A DNA stretch of 64,000 bases from a virus. A program made the translations under genes and the position numbers. The notes beneath the pieces are model-generated. The model ran no database searches and was not told the origin of the DNA. It worked only from the letters and a program-made list of their open reading frames with translations. Numbering within the stretch: position 1 is the stretch's first letter; every line of letters begins with the position of its first letter. The stretch lies in IMG/VR virus record IMGVR_UViG_3300016472_000940, positions 1-64,000 of that record. The stretch is one strand, 5' to 3'. Shown here piece after piece: positions 8,916-18,453 of the stretch.

Positions 8916-9089
8916 TCACCAGACGTGCGCAGTATGTACATCTTGATTTGATTCATAAGCTGCAAGATATTGAATTAGCTTTTCCTTTTCTACCTTAATT
9001 TTAAATCGATTAGAGATATCCTTAATCAGTTCATCTGTTATGTTATCATTATTGACAAGAGAAGTTAAAACAACATCAATCATCTTCAT
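8916..9089 (-). CDS. Hypothetical protein (MKMIDVV...)
   Basis: ORF; GGAGAGG upstream. Confidence 0.5.
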   Translation of the reverse strand: MKMIDVVLTSLVNNDNITDELIKDISNRFKIKVEKEKLIQYLAAYESNQDVHTAHVW

Positions 9090-9421
9090 GGGATTTCCTC
9101 TCCACAAGGAGCCTCCAATTGTTCATTACACCATTTCTGCGCCTCTTCATGTGAATCAAAAATTTTTAGTGTCTTTAAATCAGTATTAACTACTCTATAT
9201 TCAGGTAGACGTCCATCATAACTTTCAATAATTTGTAGCATATTAATTCTGAGGTACAAAAATTTGAGCTAAGAAAATATCTTCTCCTAACTTTTGTTGT
9301 GCTAATTCTTTTGCTTCCTCGCTAGTTTCTGCATTGACAGTGTGGTAGCCTAGAAAAACCCTACCTTTTTCACTGAATTCATACTTTTCAAACGTATATT
9401 TCATATTTTAAGTATACAGGG

Positions 9422-9658
9422 TTATTTTATTTTTGCAAGTCTTTTTGTAGTTAAGTTCCACTTATTTATTTTGCGTTGAAAATCTCTTTCCTCATAATCA
9501 GCACGTGCCTTATAATAAGCTGTCAGAGCTTTCTCGCTTTCTGTGTCTCTAAATGTATCTACCCACCCTAAGTCACTTCCCATCCAGGTAGAGTATTCAT
9601 ACTCACAGCCCTTGAGCTTTTTACCCTTAAACTTCTTTTTTTGGTACATCTTAGGCAC
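9422..9658 (-). CDS. Hypothetical protein
   Basis: ORF overlapping the upstream stop. Confidence 0.6.
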   Translation of the reverse strand: MPKMYQKKKFKGKKLKGCEYEYSTWMGSDLGWVDTFRDTESEKALTAYYKARADYEERDFQRKINKWNLTTKRLAKIK

Positions 9659-10112
9659 AGGTCGCTACCTCATCTATAACTTCCTCCCTAGAAGCAAGAT
9701 ATGCTTTATGATAGATATTATTAAAATCTTCATCATTAAAGCAAATTCGGTTACAATTTCCTAAGTATGCATCATCAAGATCAATAATTCTATCTCCGCG
9801 CTTAAGCTTATTCCAATTAACTACCTGCCAGCACCCAAAGTATTCACCATGGTTAAAAGGCTTACTAATGTTACCCTCATATGTCATAATAGCATACTCT
9901 ACAACTGTGCTTTTAAAAAGCTCTTTAGTCTTTTTCTCTTCTCTTAGCAATTGTTTTTGAAGCTTCTTATCGTCTTCCATCCCACTATATGGCTTGTACC
10001 AAAATTCCATGTGATAGACCTTCTTGGTTTCAGCCAAGCCATTAGATTCAAATTGAACATTCATCCAAGTAAACTTCTTGGGGCTAATTAGTTTGTATAT
10101 ATAAGCGCTCAT
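9651..10112 (-). CDS. Hypothetical protein
   Basis: 153 aa ORF, ATGA coupling. Confidence 0.7.
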   Translation of the reverse strand: MSAYIYKLISPKKFTWMNVQFESNGLAETKKVYHMEFWYKPYSGMEDDKKLQKQLLREEKKTKELFKSTVVEYAIMTYEGNISKPFNHGEYFGCWQVVNWNKLKRGDRIIDLDDAYLGNCNRICFNDEDFNNIYHKAYLASREEVIDEVATCA

Positions 10113-10321
10113 CTGTTCCTTTCTAGTGCTTTGTCAACTAAATCAACAAAGTAAAGGTAATCCTTATCATCCTGTTTTTCAATATAAACTAACATTTCAT
10201 TGATGATACCAGAAAAATCTGCATTTGTCAATATTTGTTTTTCTAAATTGCTTTGAAGCTTTCTATTATCTTCTCTAAGACTATCTAGGGCTTCCTCAAA
10301 CATTTTATCACTATATCCCAT
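10109..10321 (-). CDS. Hypothetical coiled-coil protein (start probably MGYSD)
   Basis: ORF directly after the stop of 10323..10898. Confidence 0.55.
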   Translation of the reverse strand: MGYSDKMFEEALDSLREDNRKLQSNLEKQILTNADFSGIINEMLVYIEKQDDKDYLYFVDLVDKALERNR

Positions 10322-10322
10322 A

Positions 10323-10898
10323 TTATTCAATCTCCTTGAATTCAACATGCATAGAAACATTCATTATGCTAGGGTGCTGGTTCTTAAGTTTAAATCCTGG
10401 AGAGCACTTACACATCGAACATCCTGCATAAGGGCTAAACGTTCTGTTATAAAATCCGCTCTTATTCAACCATTCAGACAACGTCATATAGAAGCCAGGC
10501 ATGTCCCAAGTAGTCTCACTATCAACTGTCTTGGCCCTATATTCAATCTCAGCGCTAAGAATATTGAGATACATGTTCATAATCTTAACTTCCTTACGGT
10601 TATAGACCTTCCACTCTTTATCTAACTCTAGGTCTTTACCTTGAGGTCCAGGGGTAAGTTTAGAGTGATAATAGCTATGGGAAGGATCAAGTTCATCAGG
10701 ACTACGTTCACCGCTAATGAAGAGAAAGTTATTCTTGGTTGAACGACGATCTGAATATCTAGACCGAAAACCTACATTAGCTTGTAGCTTGCCTCTAGGA
10801 AGCCTAATAAGGTTTGCTGTGTCATGGACATCGAAAGTAAAGTCCTTATTCAGGAGATTATCAATCGCTCTATCAGATTCGTGTTGTACTGTCATCAT
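10323..10898 (-). CDS. Conserved phage protein with AGC.xCxCSPGF motif
   Basis: FSPYAGCSMCKCSPGF; TTGATC-16-TACAAT promoter. Confidence 0.75.
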   Translation of the reverse strand: MMTVQHESDRAIDNLLNKDFTFDVHDTANLIRLPRGKLQANVGFRSRYSDRRSTKNNFLFISGERSPDELDPSHSYYHSKLTPGPQGKDLELDKEWKVYNRKEVKIMNMYLNILSAEIEYRAKTVDSETTWDMPGFYMTLSEWLNKSGFYNRTFSPYAGCSMCKCSPGFKLKNQHPSIMNVSMHVEFKEIE

Positions 10899-11139
10899 AC
10901 TAATATTGTACTGGAATATAGATTTTGATCAAGCTTTTTTTGCTGCTAATTTTTGTAGTTCTTCTATCTCTTCTTCAGTAAGCTGGTCAACTAGGTCTGG
11001 ATTGTATTGTATGCGCTTTAAAATGTCCAAAGCCTCTTCTTTACTCATTTTATTAGATAATGTACTAATATACTTCCACTAATTATAATACCCCAACATA
11101 AAATGCCTAGCAGAAAAATAACTAAATTAATCGGCAGCT

Positions 11140-11412
11140 TCATGCTAACACTTTCTCGCTATCTTTGCTGTCTAGCAATTCTACTATGGCTGTAACAAAA
11201 CTAGCCAAGTCTTTGCCATTGTCTTTCCATATGCTAAATAATTCATGATTGATGTCAGAGGAACTGATACCACAGCCCTCTGGTAGCATGCCACTCTTTT
11301 CAATACTATGAGCTGCTGCTGACCGGCAATTGACTCTGATTTGCAATGGTAAAGCATTCATCATATCTGCCCATTTCTCCCAATCTTTTACGAATGTATC
11401 TTTTTTCATCAT
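11140..11412 (-). CDS. Early hypothetical protein
   Basis: MMK start; TTGACC-16-CATAAT promoter. Confidence 0.75.
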   Translation of the reverse strand: MMKKDTFVKDWEKWADMMNALPLQIRVNCRSAAAHSIEKSGMLPEGCGISSSDINHELFSIWKDNGKDLASFVTAIVELLDSKDSEKVLA

Positions 11413-11442
11413 GCCTATATTATGATAGAATCTTTAATATGG

Positions 11443-11820
11443 TCAAGCTTTTTCAAAGAAGCCTAAACCATTGTAACGACACCTACCAACACAATTATCT
11501 TTGCATAATAAAAATTGCTCTGGTTCAATCAGACTCAAGAATTTATGCCCTTCGTAATTATATAGGTAATAAGAATGACCCGCAACAGGAATAAAATTAT
11601 GTTCAAAACTATCAACAAATATGTTGTAATGATATAAATCTTCTAGCTCTTTGTATTCTCTTTGAAGATCACCCAAACGAGCTTTAATTTTGTTATTGAG
11701 ATTATTTTGTGTGTCGTTTTTAAATTGATGAATATTTTCTAGTTCAAGCTTAGGTGCACCATACTCTGCTATATAGCTTTGTGATGCTCTATTTTCAATA
11801 ATATGATCAGGGCGACTCAT
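11443..11820 (-). CDS. DUF2452-like protein (start probably MSRPDH)
   Basis: Y...GAP.., F.P..G..YYLY and FLSLI.P motifs. Confidence 0.6.
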   Translation of the reverse strand: MSRPDHIIENRASQSYIAEYGAPKLELENIHQFKNDTQNNLNNKIKARLGDLQREYKELEDLYHYNIFVDSFEHNFIPVAGHSYYLYNYEGHKFLSLIEPEQFLLCKDNCVGRCRYNGLGFFEKA

Positions 11821-11952
11821 TTTGTAGCTAACATGTAAAGGCCAACATTTGCAAAAGCATAACCTGCATAACACATACACATACCTACATTGCCTTTAAC
11901 TGCTTGTTCAATAGCAATATAAGCATATATTACCCCTGTAATAATAATAAGG

Positions 11953-12210
11953 TTAGCGCTCATAGCATTCAGCTCCTGCTTGATGCTCAAATGTTAAGAA
12001 ACCAAACCTGTAATTGCTACGGTTAACACAAACGCCCCAATCTTGCCCTAATTCTCCTTCGAGAGGTCTGTAATACTTACATCCCATAGAGCAATCTGGA
12101 TAACTTTTATTAGGGTCTTCCCATCTTTTTACTTGACCATAAGGCTCATAGTCCTTTGGAAGCCTTACAACAACATGCATTAATTCATTATGAAGTTCAC
12201 TATTAGTCAT
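11953..12210 (-). CDS. Cys-rich, DUF3027-like protein
   Basis: DCS.GC.YY.PL.G.LG.DWGVC.N...G.LTFEHQ motif. Confidence 0.55.
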   Translation of the reverse strand: MTNSELHNELMHVVVRLPKDYEPYGQVKRWEDPNKSYPDCSMGCKYYRPLEGELGQDWGVCVNRSNYRFGFLTFEHQAGAECYER

Positions 12211-12478
12211 TTTTTCTTTTATAAATTTCTATCTGAATTATTGTAAAGTTTAAAACAATTAAATGAAAGTTAAATGTGGGCCTGTCTTTAAATTTTATGT
12301 ATTCCATCTTGTCATATCTGTCTAAATTAATAATCAATTCAAAGAAGGCCATTCCATCTCCCCATTCTAACTTATGAAACAGGAAGATTTCATATCTTAA
12401 ATCAAAAGGAAGCTTACCCCAGAACCAAAGAGGAAACTTTACTTTCCAAGCATCTTCTAATTGTTTATCTTTACTCAT
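12203..12478 (-). CDS. Hypothetical protein
   Basis: Coupled ORF. Confidence 0.6.
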   Translation of the reverse strand: MSKDKQLEDAWKVKFPLWFWGKLPFDLRYEIFLFHKLEWGDGMAFFELIINLDRYDKMEYIKFKDRPTFNFHLIVLNFTIIQIEIYKRKND

Positions 12479-12714
12479 AACAAATATACTCCTTTCTCTA
12501 TATTTTTAAATGTGTCTTTATTTTCTACTAACAAGTCTCCATTATAACGAATAACCTCATGAGGCCCATACCACCAATCCACATTGTAGTTCTTGGCAAC
12601 CTCCACTTCTGCTACTGTTCTTAATTCAACTACACCCCCCTCATACCCTTTTAAATATATTTCTAATTCTGGGTCTAACCCATTTAACTTTTCAAGTAAT
12701 TGCTTTATTTTCAA
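12475..12714 (-). CDS. Conserved phage protein (GYEGG...WWYGPHE)
   Basis: MKI.QL.E.L..LDPE start typical of small phage proteins. Confidence 0.7.
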   Translation of the reverse strand: MKIKQLLEKLNGLDPELEIYLKGYEGGVVELRTVAEVEVAKNYNVDWWYGPHEVIRYNGDLLVENKDTFKNIEKGVYLL

Positions 12715-13403
12715 TATTTTCTAAGCCGGTAACTTAGCTTGTTAAACAATAAAGACAGTGCATAGAACCCTTTGCATAGAAAGAATATAAAAGGATTGTA
12801 TACTTCTCTTATTAATGGATAGTACCATTTAGCCTGAAACGCTTTTACTGCTTGATACCTGGCCTCAGACTCTTCATGACATTTCTTATCTCTGATTTCT
12901 CTTTCTTTTTGTTGTTCATCAGTTTCAATCTCAAATTCTTTTAAATGAGAGCTTACTACCTTGCCCCCTACCAGTATCACCTCATAATCTAAGGTCAAAT
13001 ATTTATCTTTAATTAATTCAAAATGATACATGTAAATGGTTGCTGTAACATTGGATGGTTGAAGTACTAAATCATATCCCTCATCAAATTCAGAATAGGT
13101 AGCGTTCATTTGCTGTTCAAACTTTTTGTCTTTATAATTGTTGTACAACTTTTCTAGCCAAGATTGATTTTTTCCAAACAACTTAGGCCAAGGCTCTCTC
13201 TTTACCTTTTTACCATTAGGTACTCTCCTCTCTTCCCAGAGCTGGCCATCTTCAGTAATTTTGTAATAAGACATGGAACAATCCAAATCTTTAGTTTGAT
13301 AATCTGTGGGAAGCTCCACATTCCTGGCCTTCAAAAAACTATCCACTTCTGGAGGATAGTCTAATTTTAGCTTCTCAATAACAATGTTATCAAATAGTCC
13401 CAT
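12711..13403 (-). CDS. Conserved phage protein (MG.FD...QTKDLD family), paralog 1
   Basis: Shares motifs with 27629..28309. Confidence 0.8.
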   Translation of the reverse strand: MGLFDNIVIEKLKLDYPPEVDSFLKARNVELPTDYQTKDLDCSMSYYKITEDGQLWEERRVPNGKKVKREPWPKLFGKNQSWLEKLYNNYKDKKFEQQMNATYSEFDEGYDLVLQPSNVTATIYMYHFELIKDKYLTLDYEVILVGGKVVSSHLKEFEIETDEQQKEREIRDKKCHEESEARYQAVKAFQAKWYYPLIREVYNPFIFFLCKGFYALSLLFNKLSYRLRKY

Positions 13404-13491
13404 AAATTACCTGTTCTTATACATCATATAGCAGAATACCAAAAAGCTCAAGCATAAAAATACTGAGGCCACATCTGCAAATTCAATCACA

Positions 13492-13833
13492 TTAATCATG
13501 AAACTGTCTCCCGATTAACTTTTCATTATACACCATAGCATCGGCCATATCTAACACCCCATCTACCCAATCAGTATTGGGAGTATAGTACATACATAAA
13601 GCTCCCCATTTCTCTTTGACCTGGGTAAACTCAATTTGAGGATATTGGTCAGATAAATGCTGATTATTATCAATACGAGACTGAATTAATTTACAGGCTT
13701 TATAAATTACATCAAACCATTCATCAGGAGTTTCAATACCCCAACACATACATGTTTGCATTTTATCCAAGTCTTTCTGACGAAAGAGCTTGGGAAAATC
13801 TTTATACAGTTTTTGTTCTAGCTCTTTTTTCAT
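13492..13833 (-). CDS. Conserved phage protein (QVKEK.G.L..Y family)
   Basis: CM.WGIE...W and QVKEKWGALCMY motifs. Confidence 0.75.
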   Translation of the reverse strand: MKKELEQKLYKDFPKLFRQKDLDKMQTCMCWGIETPDEWFDVIYKACKLIQSRIDNNQHLSDQYPQIEFTQVKEKWGALCMYYTPNTDWVDGVLDMADAMVYNEKLIGRQFHD

Positions 13834-14095
13834 CCTTGTAACTCCACCCCCACATCAAGTTAAACCAGCTATATTCTTTTTCACTTAATGCTTTATTCCA
13901 GCCCAAACGCTTTCTGGCATGGCCAATAAACCACTTCTTAAACTTCTTCTCTTGTTGTACATCCCATTGTTTCTTTTGAAACCAGGTTTTATCTAGTACA
14001 AACTCTGGAGTATATTTCTCTCCAATAGCTTTGAACATTTGTTGTACTGCTTCTAATATGAATTTATCTAATTTGTTTTTTGGGTTTATGCTCAT
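13802..14095 (-). CDS. Conserved phage hypothetical protein
   Basis: WF...W..QE..F..W and WFNL.WG motifs. Confidence 0.65.
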   Translation of the reverse strand: MSINPKNKLDKFILEAVQQMFKAIGEKYTPEFVLDKTWFQKKQWDVQQEKKFKKWFIGHARKRLGWNKALSEKEYSWFNLMWGWSYKDEKRARTKTV

Positions 14096-14249
14096 TTATA
14101 ATTATAATGTTTAATAAGATGGTCAATATGCTCTATGATAGGATCAAGCTCCAATTGAGAATCTGAAGAACATTCATGGTAATAATTACTTAAAGAAAGT
14201 TTAATTGTTTTCAATTGTTCCAAAGTAAACCACACATCTACTAAATCAC

Positions 14250-14573
14250 TCATACAACCTTCTCAGTGTTACCTAGAGTAGTAGTCTGCTTAATATCTTT
14301 GGCATGCACAGGATTTTGTTCCTGCCAACTGTATGGTTTGTATTCAAAAGGTTTGCCCAAAGTATCTGAGGCATAATTGTCTACAAACTCTAGATCTCCT
14401 TCTGGGTTATATTGTAACCCAAGCAAGAAAGCCTTTATTTGGGGCAACACCTCATCCAGGGTTTCTGCTACAAATTCATGGGTAATCTTGCTTGTAACAA
14501 GATTATTAATTTCTGCAGAAGGCAATTCACCATAAGGCAAATGCTCTCCTGTTAATGTAAATTTAACTGCCAT
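14250..14573 (-). CDS. Hypothetical protein (start probably MAVKFTL)
   Basis: ITHEF.A.TL.EVL....FL.G..Y pattern common in T4-like phages. Confidence 0.65.
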   Translation of the reverse strand: MAVKFTLTGEHLPYGELPSAEINNLVTSKITHEFVAETLDEVLPQIKAFLLGLQYNPEGDLEFVDNYASDTLGKPFEYKPYSWQEQNPVHAKDIKQTTTLGNTEKVV

Positions 14574-14754
14574 CTTCTTTTTCCTCTCCAAGTATTCTCA
14601 TATGTTGTAATGCAAATTCAATATCTTTTTCTGGATACTTTTTTAAACGAAGAAAGTCTTTCATAGATCCGTGGTCCTCTTCAATCCAGTAATCAGGAAA
14701 CCCATACATCCACCCTGAAGGCGGATCAATTAAAAGCCTCTTCTTTAATCTCAC
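14563..14754 (-). CDS. Conserved phage protein (IDPPSGW.YGFP)
   Basis: Motif match; coupled ORF. Confidence 0.7.
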   Translation of the reverse strand: MRLKKRLLIDPPSGWMYGFPDYWIEEDHGSMKDFLRLKKYPEKDIEFALQHMRILGEEKEDGS

Positions 14755-14987
14755 TTTTTCCTTTTCTTCTTTTTATCCACAGAGGTAAGCTCAAATTGAC
14801 CATTTACTGCATTAGTAATAACATAGTTAATACCAATATTAAAAAGCTGGTCATTAGTTACAACTTTACGTCCAAGATCAGTAATCTCAGCAATATATTT
14901 GTCTGGTCCGGTAATATCGGCCTGGTAATACTTTACAGGTTTAAATGGTCCAATTTTAATTTCTGGCAACGTCTTAGCATTTTTCAT
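14751..14987 (-). CDS. Hypothetical protein
   Basis: TTGAAT-16-TATAAT promoter, 6 nt to ATG. Confidence 0.7.
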   Translation of the reverse strand: MKNAKTLPEIKIGPFKPVKYYQADITGPDKYIAEITDLGRKVVTNDQLFNIGINYVITNAVNGQFELTSVDKKKKRKK

Positions 14988-15147
14988 GTTTATATTATAT
15001 GTGAAGTAGAAAATTATTCAACTATAAAATCAAGAAGAGGTTGAGGACGATTAGAAACTTAGGTCTTCGCCTTCTATGCTATGTGCCTAGCGCGCAAGAG
15101 GTCTAACCTATTCAGCCAACGCAAATGTTGTCTGCTCTTCCTCCTCT

Positions 15148-15399
15148 TTAAATGTCTATCAAGTCGTATTCTTTAAGAATAATATTCTTAACAGTCGGAT
15201 AAGATAAAAACGTTTTAGCATCTTCTTGGGATTTAAAGTAGTATTGTTTGTCGCGCTTACCAGTAGCCAGGCAAGTACCACCACCTACTTCTTTACCTCC
15301 TAGCGCATCTGCGAGGATACCGAGCTTCTCTTCTTGCTGACTATACTTAAATTTATTTTTTACATACACTAACAAGCTTACCTTGAACTTATTCTTCAT
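15148..15399 (-). CDS. Hypothetical protein
   Basis: TTGCCA-16-CATAAT promoter, 6 nt to ATG. Confidence 0.7.
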   Translation of the reverse strand: MKNKFKVSLLVYVKNKFKYSQQEEKLGILADALGGKEVGGGTCLATGKRDKQYYFKSQEDAKTFLSYPTVKNIILKEYDLIDI

Positions 15400-15438
15400 A
15401 TTATTATTATGGCTGAATTACGGTAATTGGCAAGCTTT

Positions 15439-16248
15439 TTATGTAACTTGTTGTCTTCTATGTATTTTATTAAGTTTCTGTACAAACTTTATAATAGAAC
15501 TATTAGAAAAGCGCTCCATCTCGTGTAGATCTTTTACAAAGCAATGCCCGCCCCATCCAAACTTTCCATCTCTCCCTGGCACTTGCATTTGTGAATTGGT
15601 TATTCGTGGATCTAAGCCAAGCATCTCGGTAAAATCTTCAAAGGATGAAGGGCATTTTAATGCTCTATGTATTTTGTATAATTCATTTGCATAGGTTACC
15701 TTTAGTGCGAGAAAAGCATTCTCGCTATATTTTATGAGTGCAGCGGTCTTTATATCAGTAATACGAACTGTTTTAATTTTTCTGAGACGGTTAAGAAATA
15801 TCTCCGCAACCACCTTGCATTCAGTCTGCTTTCCTCCAAGAATTAAAAACGTTTGATTGATAAAATCTTGCTTATTATTCCAGTGAGACAGATATTCTGG
15901 ACTATGAATAATAGAAATATCTTTACACGAGTTAGTTATAGAATGATAGAATTTAGGGGTCGCGGTAGATTTACAGCATACTATGTTATTAGGTAGATAG
16001 GTGTTGATCTGATTCAATACAAGTCTTAAGGTCTTAAAATTTTCTTTTTTAGGTGTATCAACGCAAACAAAAATCATATCAAACTTATTATTTTTATAAT
16101 CAGATAATTTGTTATTATTAAATTTTGGGTCAACTATTATTAAGTCATCTGTACTAAAAGCATTTGATATAGCAGAGCCAACATAGCCGTGTCCGACGAT
16201 TAAAATTTTATACTTCTGTTGCAATTTTTTTGGCTTCCTCTCTTGCAT
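15439..16248 (-). CDS. UDP-glucose/GDP-mannose dehydrogenase family protein (short phage form)
   Basis: Rossmann G.GYVG; CVDTP; KST; SPEYL; KY.EN.FLA.KV; DPRI; G.GGHCF.KD catalytic Cys motif. Confidence 0.9.
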   Translation of the reverse strand: MQERKPKKLQQKYKILIVGHGYVGSAISNAFSTDDLIIVDPKFNNNKLSDYKNNKFDMIFVCVDTPKKENFKTLRLVLNQINTYLPNNIVCCKSTATPKFYHSITNSCKDISIIHSPEYLSHWNNKQDFINQTFLILGGKQTECKVVAEIFLNRLRKIKTVRITDIKTAALIKYSENAFLALKVTYANELYKIHRALKCPSSFEDFTEMLGLDPRITNSQMQVPGRDGKFGWGGHCFVKDLHEMERFSNSSIIKFVQKLNKIHRRQQVT

Positions 16249-16456
16249 TAATATAGTCTAGATGCTGTGAGGAATCAATAATAAAATCTAAAAACAAATC
16301 GTATAAACTATTAAGCTGTCTATTGTTACGAATAATATGTTTAGTATTATCGTCAAGTTGACTTAGATATTTGTTAAATAAAGCTTGGTATTGTGAAATA
16401 AAAAGCCTATCAGTTAGCTGATGTATTTCTTTGTGCTCTTTTGTAACTTCGCTCAT
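16208..16456 (-). CDS. Hypothetical protein
   Basis: ORF. Confidence 0.55.
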   Translation of the reverse strand: MSEVTKEHKEIHQLTDRLFISQYQALFNKYLSQLDDNTKHIIRNNRQLNSLYDLFLDFIIDSSQHLDYINAREEAKKIATEV

Positions 16457-16530
16457 AGCTCCATGTCTGGTAAGAATTATATAATTTAAATATAATTACA
16501 AGTACAAAAATAATACTAACAACAAAAAAT

Positions 16531-16797
16531 TCAGCTATTTTCCTCAATGTCAAATCCCTCTTCCTCAAGAATATTTATAGCACCGTCAATAGCAATATTG
16601 ATTGCGCCTTGATAATCCTTTTCCTCCAGGGCTTCGACTACAGCTTCTACCTCACTACCTGTTACTTCAGTGTCAGGTAAATCCTCCAAACTTACAGGTA
16701 TGTGTTTTGCTATTTCCAGATTAATAAGCCAGTTTGCTATCTTATATTTGTCCACCCCAGCCTCGACATCTTTTTGAATTTTAGAAATTATAGTCAT
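16531..16797 (-). CDS. Hypothetical acidic protein
   Basis: ORF overlapping the upstream gene end. Confidence 0.65.
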   Translation of the reverse strand: MTIISKIQKDVEAGVDKYKIANWLINLEIAKHIPVSLEDLPDTEVTGSEVEAVVEALEEKDYQGAINIAIDGAINILEEEGFDIEENS

Positions 16798-17152
16798 AAA
16801 ATTTTGTAGCTTGCTCTCCTTTTTTATGAAGGCCGAACATACTATATCTGGTTTGTTGGCCTACTTCGCACCACCGCTTGGCTTTAGATCTCCAGCTAAG
16901 AACTTTAACCTTATTTTCAGGGTTAGAGGTCAAGTTATATTCCTGAGAATGATTATCAGAATAGTGTCCACAGAAGCCACCGGGGTGAAAATCTTTGGGT
17001 TTACGCGTACATTCAGCATTAAGCTCGCGAATTTTAATACGTCGGGGGCTGATAACCTCGATTACTTCCCATGCATCACGATCAGTGTAATGAAACTCTG
17101 TTACATGCTGCCCGACGAAAGGTTTTGTTGCTGGCTCATCGACTGTCTTCAT
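16781..17152 (-). CDS. Conserved phage protein (TDR.A.EV...YDYNF)
   Basis: Motif; TTGCAT-16-CATAAT promoter. Confidence 0.75.
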   Translation of the reverse strand: MKTVDEPATKPFVGQHVTEFHYTDRDAWEVIEVISPRRIKIRELNAECTRKPKDFHPGGFCGHYSDNHSQEYNLTSNPENKVKVLSWRSKAKRWCEVGQQTRYSMFGLHKKGEQATKFYDYNF

Positions 17153-17178
17153 ATTATTATTATGAATGAATATTGTAA

Positions 17179-17829
17179 TTATGCAACATTATTTTCAATA
17201 ACTTTATCGTTATAAAGACTTCTATAAGTTCTGAACTGGTTAATCCATTCATCACGATGGGCGAAAAATATTTGATTTTCACCGGTTTGACAGCTAATCA
17301 GAATAGTAATATCTTGAATAGGAATACCTGTTCTATCCTCGTACATATAACTATATGCACTAGCTTGCATAAAATAATCCCATATATTTTCCTGCTTCTT
17401 AGGTTTTGAGCTAGTTTTAAAATCAATAATAGATATACATCTATCAAATTCTGCAACGCAATCTACTTGTCCTGCTACTTTAAGCTTATCACAATATAAA
17501 TGTTGCTCCATACATTGAATATTTTTTATTCTCTTTAAGATTGGTTTAAATTGATCGAACATTCCACCAATATTATCATTAATTTCTGACCCACCGCTTA
17601 AATAATTTTCACATAAAGTATGAAACTGGGTACCTCTTTTTGCAGCAAAATTCTTAATTCTATCAGCTTCTTCGTCTCCTATCCATTTTCTCCATTTCGC
17701 CAGTTCTTTCTTTTTCCACTCAGAAAGAATAGTTGTTACTGAAGGATATTTGTTACCTTCAGGGGTAACATAAAATCTCTCGCCTGTTTCCCTAGTTACT
17801 CTATGTAACTTAGGTAGTTCAATGTTCAT
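17179..17829 (-). CDS. PD-(D/E)XK (Cas4-like) phage exonuclease
   Basis: R.Y.TP.G..YPSVTTIL, RGT.FH..CE.YL, AG.VDC, IIDFKTS, YF.Q..AY motifs. Confidence 0.9.
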   Translation of the reverse strand: MNIELPKLHRVTRETGERFYVTPEGNKYPSVTTILSEWKKKELAKWRKWIGDEEADRIKNFAAKRGTQFHTLCENYLSGGSEINDNIGGMFDQFKPILKRIKNIQCMEQHLYCDKLKVAGQVDCVAEFDRCISIIDFKTSSKPKKQENIWDYFMQASAYSYMYEDRTGIPIQDITILISCQTGENQIFFAHRDEWINQFRTYRSLYNDKVIENNVA

Positions 17830-17877
17830 ACATATAGTATGGCAGAATTTAGAATAAAGTCAAGAAAAAATAGAAAT

Positions 17878-18227
17878 ACATTTCATCTGCCCTATCAATT
17901 ACACTGGATTCGAATTTTAATTGCTGTAACTTACCAGCTAAGTTAAGTGTAATTAGCGTACGTAACTGCGTCTATACGACGCTTGCTTTAAGATAGGTAA
18001 TACTAGTCTAAGGCTTCGTTCATATGATTGAACTTATAATTTAATATGACTTCTAGTGATTCTTAATCACGGTAGACTTACATCTCTTCCCGAATGCTAC
18101 CAATCATATACCTTGTCATATATAGATGTATCCATCTATACTCGCCTGTGGGTCACGGCGTTGGACTATTCAGCGTGCCTTCGAGGTCCCAACCTCTACT
18201 TGCTACAGATAAAATGTCAATGAACTT
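17878..18227 (-). ncRNA. Candidate large structured non-coding RNA (~350 nt), family unassigned
   Basis: No ORF of 60 aa or more; own promoter TTGCAT-16-TATAAT (18234-18261); boxA-like AGTTCATTGACAT; 12-bp closing helix with a G-U pair on the minus strand; about 10 further complementary segment pairs. Confidence 0.7.
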
Positions 18228-18294
18228 ATTATTATTATATGTGATCCTATAGAAGATGCAACTAGTTTTTATCTTTTTTTTTATTTTTTTGTCG

Positions 18295-18368
18295 CGCACC
18301 TGGCAGGACTCGAACCTGCTACCAACGGATTAGAAATCCGTTGCTCTATCCAGATGAGCTACAGGTGC
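18295..18368 (-). tRNA. tRNA-Arg(UCU)
   Basis: Cloverleaf GCACCTG/CAGGTGC, anticodon arm ACGGA-TTTCTAA-TCCGT, T loop TTCGAGT. Confidence 0.95.
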
Positions 18369-18378
18369 ACTAAATACT

Positions 18379-18451
18379 CTGCCGCGCTAGGGCTCGAACC
18401 TAGAACTGCCTGATCCAAAGTCAGGTGATCTACCAATTGATCTACACGGCA
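18379..18451 (-). tRNA. tRNA-Gln(UUG)
   Basis: TGCCGTG/CGCGGCA, CCTGA-CTTTGGA-TCAGG, TTCGAGC. Confidence 0.95.
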
Positions 18452-18453
18452 AA

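Noticed and set aside
17179-17829. Cas4 as part of a CRISPR system
   Set aside because: It matches the common stand-alone T4-like phage exonuclease; no Fe-S cysteine set, array or other cas genes.
17878-18227. tmRNA, RNase P RNA or self-splicing intron identity for the large RNA
   Set aside because: No GGGG...CCA tRNA-like ends or tag ORF, no GAGGAAAGUCC, no interrupted host gene, and no recognisable group I core or domain V.
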